From NCBI GenBank assembly GCA_003427395.1, contig BFEA01000046.1, positions 1,425,728 through 1,483,477 on the forward strand: DNA of 57,750 bases. Direction: 5' to 3'. The DNA comes from Chara braunii (taxonomy: Eukaryota; Plantae; Charophyceae). Below the pieces are notes generated by a model, which ran no database searches, had not been told where the DNA came from, and saw only the letters and a program-made list of their open reading frames with translations. Within the stretch, counting starts at the first letter, position 1. The number at the start of each line of letters is the position of its first letter. Below, one piece after another: positions 34,200 through 47,439 of this stretch. Both the position numbers and the translations under genes were made by a program.

Positions 34200-37100
34200 T
34201 CACGTTTCTATGATCTGGAGAAGAAAAGGGTCACAGACTTGGTTGTATTAGGAGTGAGTGACATGATCTTCCTCTGTAGGTTTAAGCCAAGCCTGATGGT
34301 GTACGGGCGACTTGGTGTTTTCTCGCTTACATGAGACGAATGACAGCGTAAGCGAAGTACTAGTTCGAACGAGGATGACTAAGGTACGTGTTAGTTCTAA
34401 ATGGCAAAATATAGCAAGGGTGAGTCTATGGGGTTGAGTAAGGACGAGATTTTCGTAAGGGCCCCTCAAAGCTGACTATTTAGGGTCGTCACTTCTGCGT
34501 GTGTTGTCATTTTCATTACAAGACTTAACGAATCTCGTTGCACGCCCATATGTACAATAGCCACTCGTTGAATCGCGAGCTAGAAGGAAGCTTTCGAGAT
34601 GCATGGATGATCATTTATAGGGGTGGTAATCATCGGGAAGCGTAAGGACTAATAATCAGGTCGTTACTGCAGAAGTTTGAGTCCTCCCTCTTGAGTACTG
34701 TTTTTCCTTTTATCCCTCCTGTCTTTTTATTCTGTTTCTCATATCAAAAAGGGATGCATGAGTTTCGGTTGGAGAATTTATTGAGATTGAGGTCTCTGGT
34801 ATTGGTCATGTATCTTTTGCCGATAGGGAGTAGTGATAAAATCAGTCTTGGTATCATCAAACCAGTAAAGCTTCTTACGGGAAAAAAAGTCTAACTTTGA
34901 CGGTTTTGATTTGGGATGACTATGGGTTTAATGGGTTAATGCCTACTCGTGCTCACATTCTATCCGGTTCATGGGGAAGAAGAAGGTAATGTTGAGAATA
35001 ATTTCTTATCTCCTTGCAAAGTTCCTATTTGATGGTGACTAAAGAGGTCATACCCTGTTTGGCATGTGAATTGCGATTTAACTCGTCCGTGATCCGAATG
35101 ACTAACAGAAAAGGGGTGCTGCTCAATAGAGCCCTACATTATACATGAGTCGAGGGAAAACGTCCGGATGGGCCATTGCACCGACAAGGGTTGCGTTACG
35201 AATACCCGATGCCGTAGGTGAACAGGGGACATGTTGGGTGGAATGAACGGTGGTGTATTCTCTTATAAGCCACATGTGCTATATATAAACATCAACCGTG
35301 ATTGATGACTTTCTTGCTGAGGGCGAGTGGGGTTCACTCTCGGTAAAACATTGTGAACGGGGCTTTGCCTAGTACGAGGCATAAGCCCTGTCTTACAGGC
35401 AGGAAAGCCACAACTGAAACGCTCATGTTTTTACGCTCACGGTCCTGAACAAGAATAAAACTCACGTCCAGGGGGAGGTATTGCGTTGAGTACAGAGTAA
35501 TCTTGCAATTCAACCTAATGGGTCGAGCTCGGTCGGAACAAGTGCCCTGGACTATCTTATAAGTGTGATATGTGACTAGTTCTGCAATGGTATGAAGAAA
35601 GTGATTGGATATTGCAGTTGAGGCAGGGATACTCAATGTGACTGATTAGTATGTCGGCTCCCCAAAATGAAGTATCTTGAATAGTACTATTATGCGTGGA
35701 GGAGCTCGGAATCGGTCTCGGCAAAGTTCCAAAAGGTACCCTCCTGTGCTCGAGTATACAGTACCCAAGATGGTGCAGTGCTTGATGTGGTCTTTCCACA
35801 CCCGCTGCTTAGAGTGTGGTCTGTGCGCCATTCTAAGGACAAATCACTACTGGGTCAGTGCCAAGGTCGATCTGTGGTCGACTTTTCCAACCACCCACTA
35901 TCTAATTTCATAAAGAACCTGGTCCCCATAAAAACCAAGAAACACCTGTTGATAGTGAGTACCGCACACAGGGAAAAATCCTATACACTACTTGAGAGGA
36001 CTGTAACTGACGGTGTTGTGTACTCACCTAAGAGTGTTGGGGATTACTATTAGTTATCATCGAAGATCGATCGGGAGAAGTCTATTCAGTGGTGAAGTGT
36101 ACTTCGTGCAATGAAAGTTATTGCGCGTAACAACCCTTAGTGTAGTTTGGGGAAAGACCATATTGACATATTCGATCTGGCATACTGTGTAGATTAGGAC
36201 TGAGTTCAGCGTTGAGTACATGAGCGTGGGTTATGCTTAACTGAGACCATGCCTCGTTATCTTGGTACTTCATACTTAGATGAAGCTACCTGCGCCCAGT
36301 GATCCCAGACTGACGTAACGTCTTCCTCTGGAAGTTCACCAATGATCCTCAGAAACAAGTGGTCGCTACTGTGTACATTAGGACTGAGTTCAGCGTTGAG
36401 TATATGAGCGTGGGCTATGCTTAACTGAGACCATGCCCCGTTATCTAGGTACTTCATACTCAGATGAAGCTACATGCGCCCAGTGATCCCAGACTGACGT
36501 AACGTCTTCCTCTGGAAGTTCACCAATGATCCTTAGAAACTAGCGGTCGCTATTTGTAACAGGTTTATTCATGTTTTGATATTCATCATTGACAGCATGC
36601 AAGAGACACTCTTCGTCATTCGATCTCGATATTGTCAATGGCTCAGATGGTTAACATTTGACCCAGGTGTTTCCCGTGATGTTTTGCTATGAGCCCTGGC
36701 TGGACCACTGGCATTTTAGAGTGAGCTACCATTGATTCCTACAATGGAGATTTGATACAAAAGGTAGGTTATCAATTAATCCCAGTTAGTTGCTCTCCGG
36801 TCAGTTTCAGTCAGCCAACACACCCATTGGAGACACGCAGATTCAGTCTTGGTCCTCGTTTTGCATGTGAATACAACTTAGCTGCTTCGGGACAGTGAGT
36901 CAATGTGAGTTACCCTCACTCAGAACGCACAAGATCATCCGACACCCTGCAGATCAAACGTTGAAGGGTGAGTCTAATATCCACTTTGGGTCGAAAAGGC
37001 CAAACGTGGCACTCTTGCTAATTCTAACAACGCTAGGCACGAGAACGATTTTCGTTTTCGTGTATAGCCCCCAGGAGTTACCCGTGGCCCAATTTATTCT

Positions 37101-37900
37101 TTGTTGAGATCTGGAGAGTGTCGGAGTCATGAGGGAAGGGGAGGTCTTGGTGATGAAATGTGTATCACTCTGGGAAGATATGAAAATTGGGAAGAAGAGG
37201 CGTGTTCGGATATGAAGTTGCACCAGCACACTCAAGGAGAGCACGCAGTCTGGATGACAGGTGAGAGAAAATTTATTGAATACGTATTTAACTTTTATGA
37301 CTGTAAAGACAGACTACACAGTACTGGGTCCTTATTGGAGACTGTGGAACAAGCTCGAGTGAACACTAATGGTCTTCAGACTTTATCTCTTGAGGTTACA
37401 CAACCTACGGTCCTACAGATGCTTCTGATTATCAAACACCCCTCAACAAACTACAGTTTGATCTGCGTTTCCGGTGCCAAGTGATCAGAAACCGAAAAAT
37501 CAGCATTTAACTAGTATCCACTCAATCCATAATCAGCTTTCAAATGGTACTTGACCCGCACTCAACCATCGATCAAATTAAACGGCAGATTGTTCTTTCG
37601 CTGAAACAGTCGACCAAGCACGAGAGACCGTCGACAGCCTACGGTGAGAGTGAAGAAGAGAGATACTTCATACATAGATAGCGCAATACAGAAAAGACGA
37701 ACAGGCAAGGTGGGAACCACAAGGCAATACTTAGAGCACGGATGTAAAAGAGAGATTGTTCAATGCTATCAGGTGACGGACCATAACCAAGTTTACAAGG
37801 CATTGTCGTGATCTGGTAAGGGAGAGCATCAACATTCGATATCCTAGCACTCAACACTTAGTCAACCGTTCAATCGATACTCAATCATTAATCAGTCGTC
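34200..37900 (-). mobile_element. Highly decayed Ty3/gypsy pol (RT-RH-IN, possible chromodomain); boundaries approximate
   Basis: Minus-strand remnants in gypsy order: integrase-like YSTQYLP...QDRERKN (~35490-35430), FEGPY (GPF/Y motif, ~34460) and WLKPTEEDHVT (~34290, chromodomain-like). RT and RNase H motifs are only faintly suggested. Confidence 0.45.
36183..36552. repeat. 184-bp tandem duplication
   Basis: 36183-36366 is nearly identical to 36367-36552. Confidence 0.92.
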
Positions 37901-39479
37901 AGAGTTTACTTGAAACTTTCTGTCAGAGTCAATCAAAAAACTGTTAGCCTCCTTTACCCCATGAGATATTAAGATATTGCTCACATAAAAGAGCGGAGAA
38001 GTCAGTCTCATCAACCAGTATCATCACATGAGTGCAATCCAGTCATTTCCAATTCAAAAGACTGTAATGACCAGTCTCAACAGGATAACTCTGAGAGATG
38101 CTTTCCAACACAGCTATGTCAGTGCGGTCAACTTCAGGCAGGAAGACCTATCCATCTATGTGGTTCACACTGAGTTCGCAGGTGGTACCATTTATGGACT
38201 GCGGCAACCCGGTACCTCGAAGAGAGAGAGAAAAAACTTGATGAAAGTGGTATGAAGCTGATTCGCAGCTTCGGGCCGAAGCTCTATACAGACTATCCGA
38301 AGCCTCCAGCATATTTCATTCTTATAGACGGCCCTTGCTGGGGCGACCTGATAGACTTGGCAAAGAGGTATATCTCGCCAGCACAGGTTGATTATCAGAC
38401 TTTGACAGAGCCTTCCGAGTCCCCGCATCTCAGACTGAGGATCTTTTCTCAGCCATATCTCCCTACACTGTGGGAGGAGTTCTGTGCTATGGTCGATTTT
38501 CGCATCATGGGACTTGGATGAAAATGCTCAGAGCTAGAAGGTTTCAGGTGGCTCTATATACAGAGATCACTCCCTCAGAGAGTAAGGAGACATGGCATGA
38601 AGCACAAGAGACATACAGCAGAATGATAAATTGAGAGAGTGTTCCAGAGGGATAAGAGGACGCGAGACTAGTGTTGGCCATGCTTTTTACATGTGTGCTT
38701 TCAGAGACTAATACGAGTTCTCATTCTTCCCTCACTCTACTTTGTCATTGTTCGAGTCAGTTAGTCTTGCTTTCTGCATTGTCATTGCTGATGACTAATT
38801 CTCTCTCATTATTCTGTCGAAGTTCTCAAAATTAGTAAACTGACAAAATTGATGCATGCATGACACACCAAAATTTTATGGTATTATTTGCAAGAATTCT
38901 TTGTTGTTCCGAATTAAAATAAAAGATTCCTAAGACCGAGGACCGGCAAAGACCGCAATTGAAGGGTCTCGCTCGAAGTCGGAGGCATGCAACAGGGAAA
39001 AAAATGTTTGATTTAATTGATTTTATTTATAACAAACAACTACAAAATCCTACGTGACAGCATATTCGCTTTCCGGTCGCCCATAAAGGCTTGACTTGAA
39101 AAAAGTGCAACAAAAATGGCGCTGTTGCCGGGGACATGAAAATTTTTCGTGCTCGGAACGAGGCTGGGTTAACAAACAACTTTGAGCTTTGATTAGGCCT
39201 TGAGAACTGTTGACAATTTTTGAATCTACCAGACTGATTCTGCAATCTTTCTTGGGTCATTATCCTCTTGGAAAACCAAGTTGCTAACTAAGTCTTATCT
39301 TTCTTTGTGTGAGGTACCACACTGAACTGGAGAAGGAGATTGATATTATTGTTGGAGAGAATCAGGCTTGATCTCAGGTATGCCTTATGAGCCTTCAATG
39401 TCCTTGAAACACTGAGAAGGGAAAAAAAAAGTCAGAAACTCAGAGACTTCATCAAGAATACCAACTACTGATGCATGAA

Positions 39480-41910
39480 AAAAACTCTCGAAAGTAACCA
39501 CTAAAAGGATATTTCCCTAACCTATGAACATTGTTGGGTCTACCGTTCTGACAATTCCACCATCTGCATAGTACTGACTCGCTTCTTGGAGGGAGATATC
39601 TATAATATCCGCCCTTATGTCAAGAAGGGAGACTGTGATGAAGTTGAGGCCTTTAACTAGTTATGGGGAATTGCAATCCAATCTCTTTATGATGAGAAGA
39701 CAAATTTAATCAAGCAGAAAAAGAAAGTGGAATGGGGTCTAATGCCCGTACAATATGAGATTGTTCCGATCCCTCCTATTCCTGACAACTATTGTGATGA
39801 GACTAATTGACTGTCAATTATCAGTATGGTACTGAAATGGGAAAGATGAACTAGTGGACATGAGAACTAAAGAGACTTCAGCAGAGGAAATCAGACGAAG
39901 AAGGTCGAAATTTGGCAGAGGTTCAAGTCCAAGCCAAGAGAAAGTCGAGTATCTCCTGAGATCGCTGAATACCCTGAGTAAGAGGGAGGTGTTCCCATAT
40001 GAGGCTGTCAGATATGAGATGGTCGAGAGTGAATGGGAGCAGGAACGATTCTATGTGTTGACATTTTATTTTATAGACCTGGACACATATGATGTGATAA
40101 TTTATGTCCCAAAAGAAAGAAGTATTGAAGCGGTGTATGAGAGATGTTGAGAATTTGCTGAAGAGGTTGTACTGAAAGAAAAAAAAAGACTTGAGAGAAA
40201 AAATAAATATTTCACTGGATCTATTCGATTTACTGTCTTTGAGGGATTGTCAGCTCCTCCCTTACCTGATATTAATCTGTCAAGAAAAAAATGGTCTGCA
40301 GTGGTTGAGCTTGCTCTGAAAGTGAAAAGAGATAAAAAAACCAAATGAGTCCGCGCTATATACCTTTGAGAGAGAAACCCTGGCTTAGACTAGTAAGAGG
40401 CCATGGGGGGTTGAGTAAGGCTGAATCAGATAAACTGTTAAATTCCCTTAATTCTATAACGAGGAGAGCCGTAATTCCTTATGAGATCGTGAGGTATGAG
40501 TCTCTAAAAAATCCAGGGTGAGAGCAGGACAATGTGTATGTTCTTACTCGCTATTTTATTGAGCTTGATGAGTATGATATTGGAATTTATGTACCGAGAC
40601 AAAGATTTGAAGAGGGTAGAAAAAGTTCATGCTGGCAACGGGCATCTGACATTGTACATGATGAGAAAAAAAAACTTAAAAAATGAAAAAAATTCTCCCA
40701 GAGTACCTATGTCGGATCTTTCACTGGGATACCTTCTCCTTCTGTTGAATGACTTACATTCTCAAGACACAATTGGTCAGCTATGATAAATCTCATATGA
40801 AAAATGAAGGGGGTTCCAAAGGGGTACTCTCAGTAGCAAGAATAACCACAGTGAGAGGTAGACTTTATGAGGTAATAGGCCTTGATCATTCCTTTGTGAT
40901 CTTGAGATATGAGACTTGTGTGAGAGGGGTCATAATATTTCACATCCCAGTAGTCAAATTTTTGAATACTTGCAGTCTTGACGTAAGAATTTATGTACCA
41001 GCATGCCTAAAGAAGGAAGATGATTATTTGAAGTGTCGAACTTGTGTTTAGAGTAGTCTCATAAGAACCAAATACTGACTTGAGAAATTAAAGAGAAAGG
41101 TAACCTGGGGAAAAGGAGTAAGACAATTTGAGAAATTCCCTAACCTCTTAACTACTGATGGCTTTGAGGTTAAAAGATATTGAATGTCTCTTCTAGAAGC
41201 TATTGCCATCGTTGGTAAGGTGAGAGAGAGTGATTCGACAGTAATAATAAAGTGCCTACTCCTGGATAACTTCGAGCATCAGTTCGAGATCTCAGATCAA
41301 GTCCCTTCTGAGATTTATCTCTCTTGATGATAATCATAATGATCAAGAATGCCTGGCTCTATTGAACAACTAATATTTGGAGTCATATTGGAAGAGAGAA
41401 TAGTCAAAATAGAAGAAACTCTTCAGGTTACAGATAGGAGTCTTTCTACTCTGGATGAGATTGAGTTGTTACAACCCTTCCTTGACCGTATGAGAGACTC
41501 TGCCTTGAGAGTTGTGACTGGCCAGAATAAGATTAACTACCTATTGAAGGTAGTGAAAGTGAGAGTTATTGAGAGAATATCCTATCATTCTTCCAGGGAA
41601 CGAGTCACTCTTGCTAGGAGGATTAACACCAGATCATAAACCATGCAATTTGACTATGAGATTATAAACTTGACTCGATATTTTATGATTCGGGGGACTG
41701 TAAAAGGATGTAATAGAAGATTAAGTAGGGATGATGAAAGAGAGTTGATTCAGGAATATATTGGAAGACTGAGAAGGATTGCGTTGCCTTTGATCACTAC
41801 CCAGTCTATTATTGCCTATATGCTCTACGTACAAAATTCTCAAGGAGTAGAACAAACAAGGGAAGAGAGGAATGAGTCTGTATCTCTGGCAAGAAGGGTG
41901 AGAGATTGAA
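39480..41910 (+). pseudogene. Disrupted ORF region with four tandem copies of an unknown ~140-160-aa domain plus a further ORF
   Basis: Motif (P)YE.VRYE...YVLT.YF...D.YD..IYVP...EKK.L at ~39520, ~39996, ~40477 and ~40888. Stops are in frame (e.g. W to TGA). Downstream ORFs 41349-41639 and 41643-41909 share a frame across one stop. Confidence 0.7.
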
Positions 41911-44900
41911 AATAAGAGAAAGGGAGGACGAAAGTGACCGAGAGAGAAAATAGTATCAAGGAGAGCCTATGGTCAAAATGGCAGGACGAGGGAGATCGAA
42001 TTCTTCTGCAGGAACTAATGAGGAGACTCTGATAGGTGTTATACGGGAACTGGTAGAGAGAGTTGATTAATGGTAGGTGGAAACTGGTAGAACTCGTGAT
42101 GCCATTCTTCCTTTGGTTCGAGGTCACGACTATCTAGTCTCATATATTGATGTTGTCTGATTTCTGGAATTCGTCATTGCTCACCTACCTTACACTTATT
42201 ATCATTGATATTATTATTGATTATTATCGATATTACTATTATTATTATTATTACCGAATCAATACCGATATAATTATTATTATTATTATTTAAGACGAAT
42301 TGCTTAAACCTTCCTCTTCTGCTTATCGTACGAAAGAAACGGTGACAGGTTGGATGTGTGGTGCGTCTACAAAATGACATCGCAAGGTAGGATTTATCAT
42401 CTGCTCAACTTGTAGGAATGAATGCGCTTGCTTGTCATATCCCTCTTACTGTGGTCTCAGAATCTTGGACGTCGGGAAGGAATTGGCTGTGAAAAGAAAC
42501 AAGCATGACTCTAAATCTCACTGTGAGTCTCACGACCCTTCCATTGACGGGATAAGCCAGGCTGAATGAGTCTACCGCTACTAGAACACAAAAATATACA
42601 CACACATACAAACACAGACAAATGACGAATGAGAAAAGGGAGAATACAGACGGACAAGCACAGAAAAAGGGAAAAGGGGATAAAACAGACACGCACAGAC
42701 TGTGACATATTTAGTGGGGCACAGACTGAGACACTCGCAGCTGGGCACAGATTGTGACATACATAGTGGGATACGGACTGGGATATGCATAGCGGGATGT
42801 AGAATGTGATGAACACAGTAGTCCACAAAAAGAGACGCATACTTGACCTTGGCAATGGATTACAGGGTCGACGTCTTCACATGCTTCGGTTGTTGCTGGT
42901 GACGTAAACAGGGTACATCGTTGTCAACTAATAAGTTGCGAATAGCTGGGTGATAGTGGTTTGAGTGTTGAGCATGAAGTAGGAGGAAGGGCTCGGGGTA
43001 CAAATGATGGGGATGATGAAAGCATGCTCTCAATACACAAGCCGGATTCGGTGATCGGTTTTCAGTTGGTAGAATATCAGTGTATGTTGCCTTCTGGGCA
43101 GCAACAGACTTTCACTGTAAATTTTACATCCGAAGGTTACCATTTTATATTATTATTATTATTATTATTGTTATAGCTATTATTAAATAGCTTTATTAGC
43201 CCTATAATAAGCTTAGACCCTTATAAACCTCGTGAAGGTGGGTCAGGGTGTCCACGCATAGCCTACATCCAGCATTTTATAAAGCGGACCTGTTGATTGG
43301 AAGTGCATAGTGAGCCTAGACTCCTGTAACAGCAAATGAGCCTAGGGCCTCGGGTTTTTGAGCCTGAGCACTAGTCTTAGGACGCCGACGAGTCACACAT
43401 TGGGCATTGGCCAACCGAAGGGCAGCATTGGCATCATAAAGGTTGAACACTCCAATGAGAAATCGGTCAGGCAATCGAAATTTGAACGACAACCCTAGAG
43501 TGAAGGGCACAACTGTAATGCCTGAGCCCCATCTATGATTGGACCCGGACACAGATACCGGACCCACGATCTGAAGCAGGCCGACCGCGGGCATATGGCA
43601 CTAAGTACAAAACAAGCCTATTGCAACTGAGGCTGGGACAGTCGCAAACGAGATTCAAAGACAAATTAAGGATTGACAAGCCTCTCGTCCAAGCAGGTTG
43701 CTCATCCCCGGGGGGAAAATGAGAATGCTGTGGTATTTTGTGCACTAATGAGAGGGGGAGGGAACGTTGGCAGAATGTTGTATGGAGGTATGCAAAAACC
43801 AAAGACGAGACGTATTGAGGGGCGGGAGACCGGGAGTAACAGTTAGCAAGCTACAACAGAGAGGGAGCACTCCCAGCCGCAGTGTCGATAAGCATGCACA
43901 CTTGGATGTGTGTGTGGGTATGTGTGTGTATGGGATATCCGAGGTAATTTTAATGGATTAGAGAGTGTTGTATGCGCTAAAAGTGTCGAGTGTTGGGTAT
44001 CGTAGCCATGCTCAAGAGAAAGTTGAATCTGGCGGTATTTTTCCGGGTTCATATCTTTGAATTTATGTGAATATTTTGCACCAAATTGAATATCATTATT
44101 CTTTGAATATCGTGCTCGTTTGTCAATAATAATAATAATTATTATAATTATTATTATTGTTATATTATTGTCATTTGGCGTTACATGCTAAGATGGGGTC
44201 GGAGGAAGAAAGAGTGAGAGGCAGTGGAAAGGGGAGGTTTGTCGTCAATTGTGGAGGCCTCTATCTCCTTCATCCTCCTCCACCTTTCCTATGTCCGAGT
44301 CCCTTCGCGGACCAATCTTTTCAAACAACAAACATATCCCAAACAACAAGGCGATTGCGGGAGCTCTGCCGAAGTTCAGGAGGAACTATGGAGGCAGGGA
44401 ACAGTAAGGTATGCACGCTTTAACGTAAACCCTTAACCCTAAACCTATAACCTTCAGGTAACTACCTATGACTGTATTAATAAAGTTAGTACCTTGAGTC
44501 AAAGGTTCTTCAGGGCTAAGGCAGAATACAAGAGGGAAGAGAGAATGCTTGTGTAAGGAAGAAAAAAAAAAAGGGCATGAAAAAAATTGATTGAGTGAAA
44601 GGGGTCTGACAGAGTATGATTAACTATCGCTGAAAAACGTAACGAGAATGAGAAGTTCCGAGTAACTGTCTCGCTATGTGAATGTTTCTTTGGGGATGTA
44701 GCCACAAAGGGATTGACTCCGTGCAGTCTTCTCGTGCTTAATAGACTACCTGACCAATGATAAGGGAAGGGGTTCACAGCGGATTGAAGACTTATGCATG
44801 TTATGGTCCGATACTATAATGATGGACTGCATCAACTAACTTTTGCCCTACATTTGACCTATACCTACATAATCTAAAAGGTCCAAAGCTAACACAGTCG

Positions 44901-45038
44901 GGGATCAGGCGGACAAGTTTAAGACATGGGGTACAAGTTTTGTATGACCTACCCTCAAAATCTTAAAGGCTTCCGAATGACCCAAGGCTCAAGTGGCGTC
45001 AGAAGCAACGACCGAGTCATCAGGAAAGCTTGCAAGGG

Positions 45039-45817
45039 GTGATAGGTGGAGCAAGGCCCCGAGAGGCCTGCCCTATTGCCTAAACAACCACGGTTAAGAA
45101 CGGTGTGATAAGAGTAGCGAGGCTCCAAGAAGTCTGCCTTAATCACTATAATGATAAGAACAAATAGTGATAAGAGTAGTGAGGCTCCGAGAAACCTGCC
45201 TTATCACCATAATGATAAGAACAAGGTGATAAGAGTAGCGAGGCTCCGAGAAGCATGCCTTATCACTATAATGATAAGAACTAGTTGATAAAAATAGCGA
45301 GGCTCCGAGAAGTCTGCTTTATCACTACAATGAATAAGAACAAAGTGTGATAAAAGTAGCGAGGCTCCGAGACTCCTACCTTATCACTATAATGATAAGA
45401 ACAAGGTGATAAGAGTAGCAAGGCTCCGAGAAGCCTGCCTTATTACTATAATGATAAGAACAAGGTGATAAGAGTCGTGAGGCTCCGAGAAGCCTGCCTT
45501 ATCACTATAATGATAAGAAACAAAGTGTGATAAGAGTAGCGAGGCTCCCAGAAGCCTGCCTTATCACTACAATGAATAAGAACGAGTATGATAAGAAGAG
45601 CGAGGCTCCGAGAAGCCTGCCTTATCACTACAATGAATAAGAACGAGTATGATAAGAGGAGCGAGGCTCCAAGAAGCCTGCCTTATCACTACAATGAATA
45701 AGAACAAATATGATAAGAGGAGCAAGGCTCCGAGAAGCCTGCCTTATCACCATCTGACCTGATTTAATACAAGACAGTAAATAGGAGGAGCAAGGTCCTC
45801 GAGATCTTCCCTATTAT
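45039..45817. repeat. ~59-62-bp tandem array of hairpins (11 core copies plus 2 diverged flanking copies)
   Basis: Unit GTGATAAG-AGTA-GC-G-AGGCT-CCGAGA-AGCCT-GC-CTTATCAC followed by an A-rich linker of ~18-21 nt. Confidence 0.93.
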
Positions 45818-47439
45818 AAACAAACATCAATAGAGGATGAATAAGTCCCGATCAATCCACCAACGACTATCAACCTTTCCATATAAATGAACCACTCAAT
45901 TACTAACGGGCTACTTCTGATTGTAGTAGAGAAAGGATAAGTGAGATCTTGACCATGGGAGACTTATCACTCTTGGATCTTTGATTTGATCTCTACCATA
46001 TGATTCCTCTCTAAATTGAATTGATGGTATTGCTTGTGATTACTAAGACATGGGGCTTGTAAACGACCTTTAAAAGGAAGACTATACAGAATCGTTGGGT
46101 CGGAGGAACTGGGAATGAACTTTGTTCGTTAACCAACAAGGCGACAATCTGACAGTTAGATAAGAATAGAAGTTAGACAAAGGGGTCACCAATACTCGTT
46201 AACCTCTAGGTCATGAATCAATCCTCTAAGATCCTGGTGAACGAGTGATAAGTTTATTTCGGACTGTGTTGTGCCTACAAGTTATCGCTCTTGGAGAGAA
46301 TTAAAGAAAGAACCGTTAGAGATTGCAATTCTGTTATCGTTAGATAACAGGTCGGTAGACTCCGACTCAACTTCCACATGGCTTGATACTCACGCCTAAG
46401 ACAAAACCTGAAAGGAAAAATGGACATATCTTCCCCTGTATCTAAGCCTGAATTGTCCAAGTCACTCTCGAAGGTCTTTGAAAAAGTGAAGTGTTGTTTT
46501 CAAGGTTTTGGGGAGTGAGGGACTTGCTATGAATGGGTTAAAGGTTGACGCTTGTAGCGCATTTTGTGTTTGTATTTTGTATGTGTGTATGTGACTTCTT
46601 GCATTTGCACAGGTGTTGGGCAGTGAACTGTCTTTCTGAACTTTGAGATCATCTGGGATATTCAGACACCGGACACCGCAATTGTGAAAGTGAGGTCTAG
46701 CGCTCATTCGCTCCCCTCATTTACATATAGACTTATACATATCTATGAACAAGGTTATACTCTGGCCTGAGCTTAGGAAGGTTTGTCTAGGATTCTGTTT
46801 GAGATTTTGAGAAAATGAGAGATTACAAAAAAGGCTTAGACTTTGGCGGTTTTTTTTTTTTATGGTCAACGAAGGAACATAGATTCATTATCATAGTTAG
46901 CTAAACGTGGAAGACTGTTCAGAAAAGTCGACCTGATAAGATAGTCGGTCCGAGGGAGTTAGCACCTCGGGGCACGATATACGGGTCAGTCTTAAGGCGT
47001 TCTACCACGTGTATGCATATGCTACGACGATCGAGAAAAACGCCCTCGGCTGCCCTACCTCTGCGATTGCATATAAAAGCCTTCGCACGTGGGTCAGTAA
47101 CTCAGCAGGGATATGCCCACCTAAGGGATGGTGACAACTCCCGCAGGTGGAGGTAAGTTGTACCTCACGGGGTTTCTGACCTGTCGTAGGGGTTCGCCAG
47201 AGGTATGGCACGCGCGCACGGTTGGAGTGGTGTTTCACTAAGGTAATCCAAGACTCCTGCGTGATACGACTGTGGGGTATGACACAAGAATTATATTAGC
47301 GTCTGGGTGTGGGACCGCCGCGCACGACAAAGTTCCTTCTACCCCTGATTAATTGACCTATCCGTGTCAACGCTTGAGCGACTCTTCGAAAGACTGGTGC
47401 CAGCTCGTGGCCTTGTGCTATCCCCACCCCCAGTGAGTG

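Noticed and set aside
42200-44160. LINE/SINE insertions bounded by (TTA)n tracts
   Set aside because: The tracts are visible at ~42200-42290, ~43146 and ~44125, but no TSD or diagnostic motif could be identified.
44426-44452. Telomere-like CCCTAAA repeats
   Set aside because: Only about four degenerate units, too short to call an interstitial telomere.
45039-45817. CRISPR array (palindromic repeats with regular spacing)
   Set aside because: The intervening sequences are near-identical rather than unique spacers, no cas-like ORFs are present, and the context is eukaryotic.
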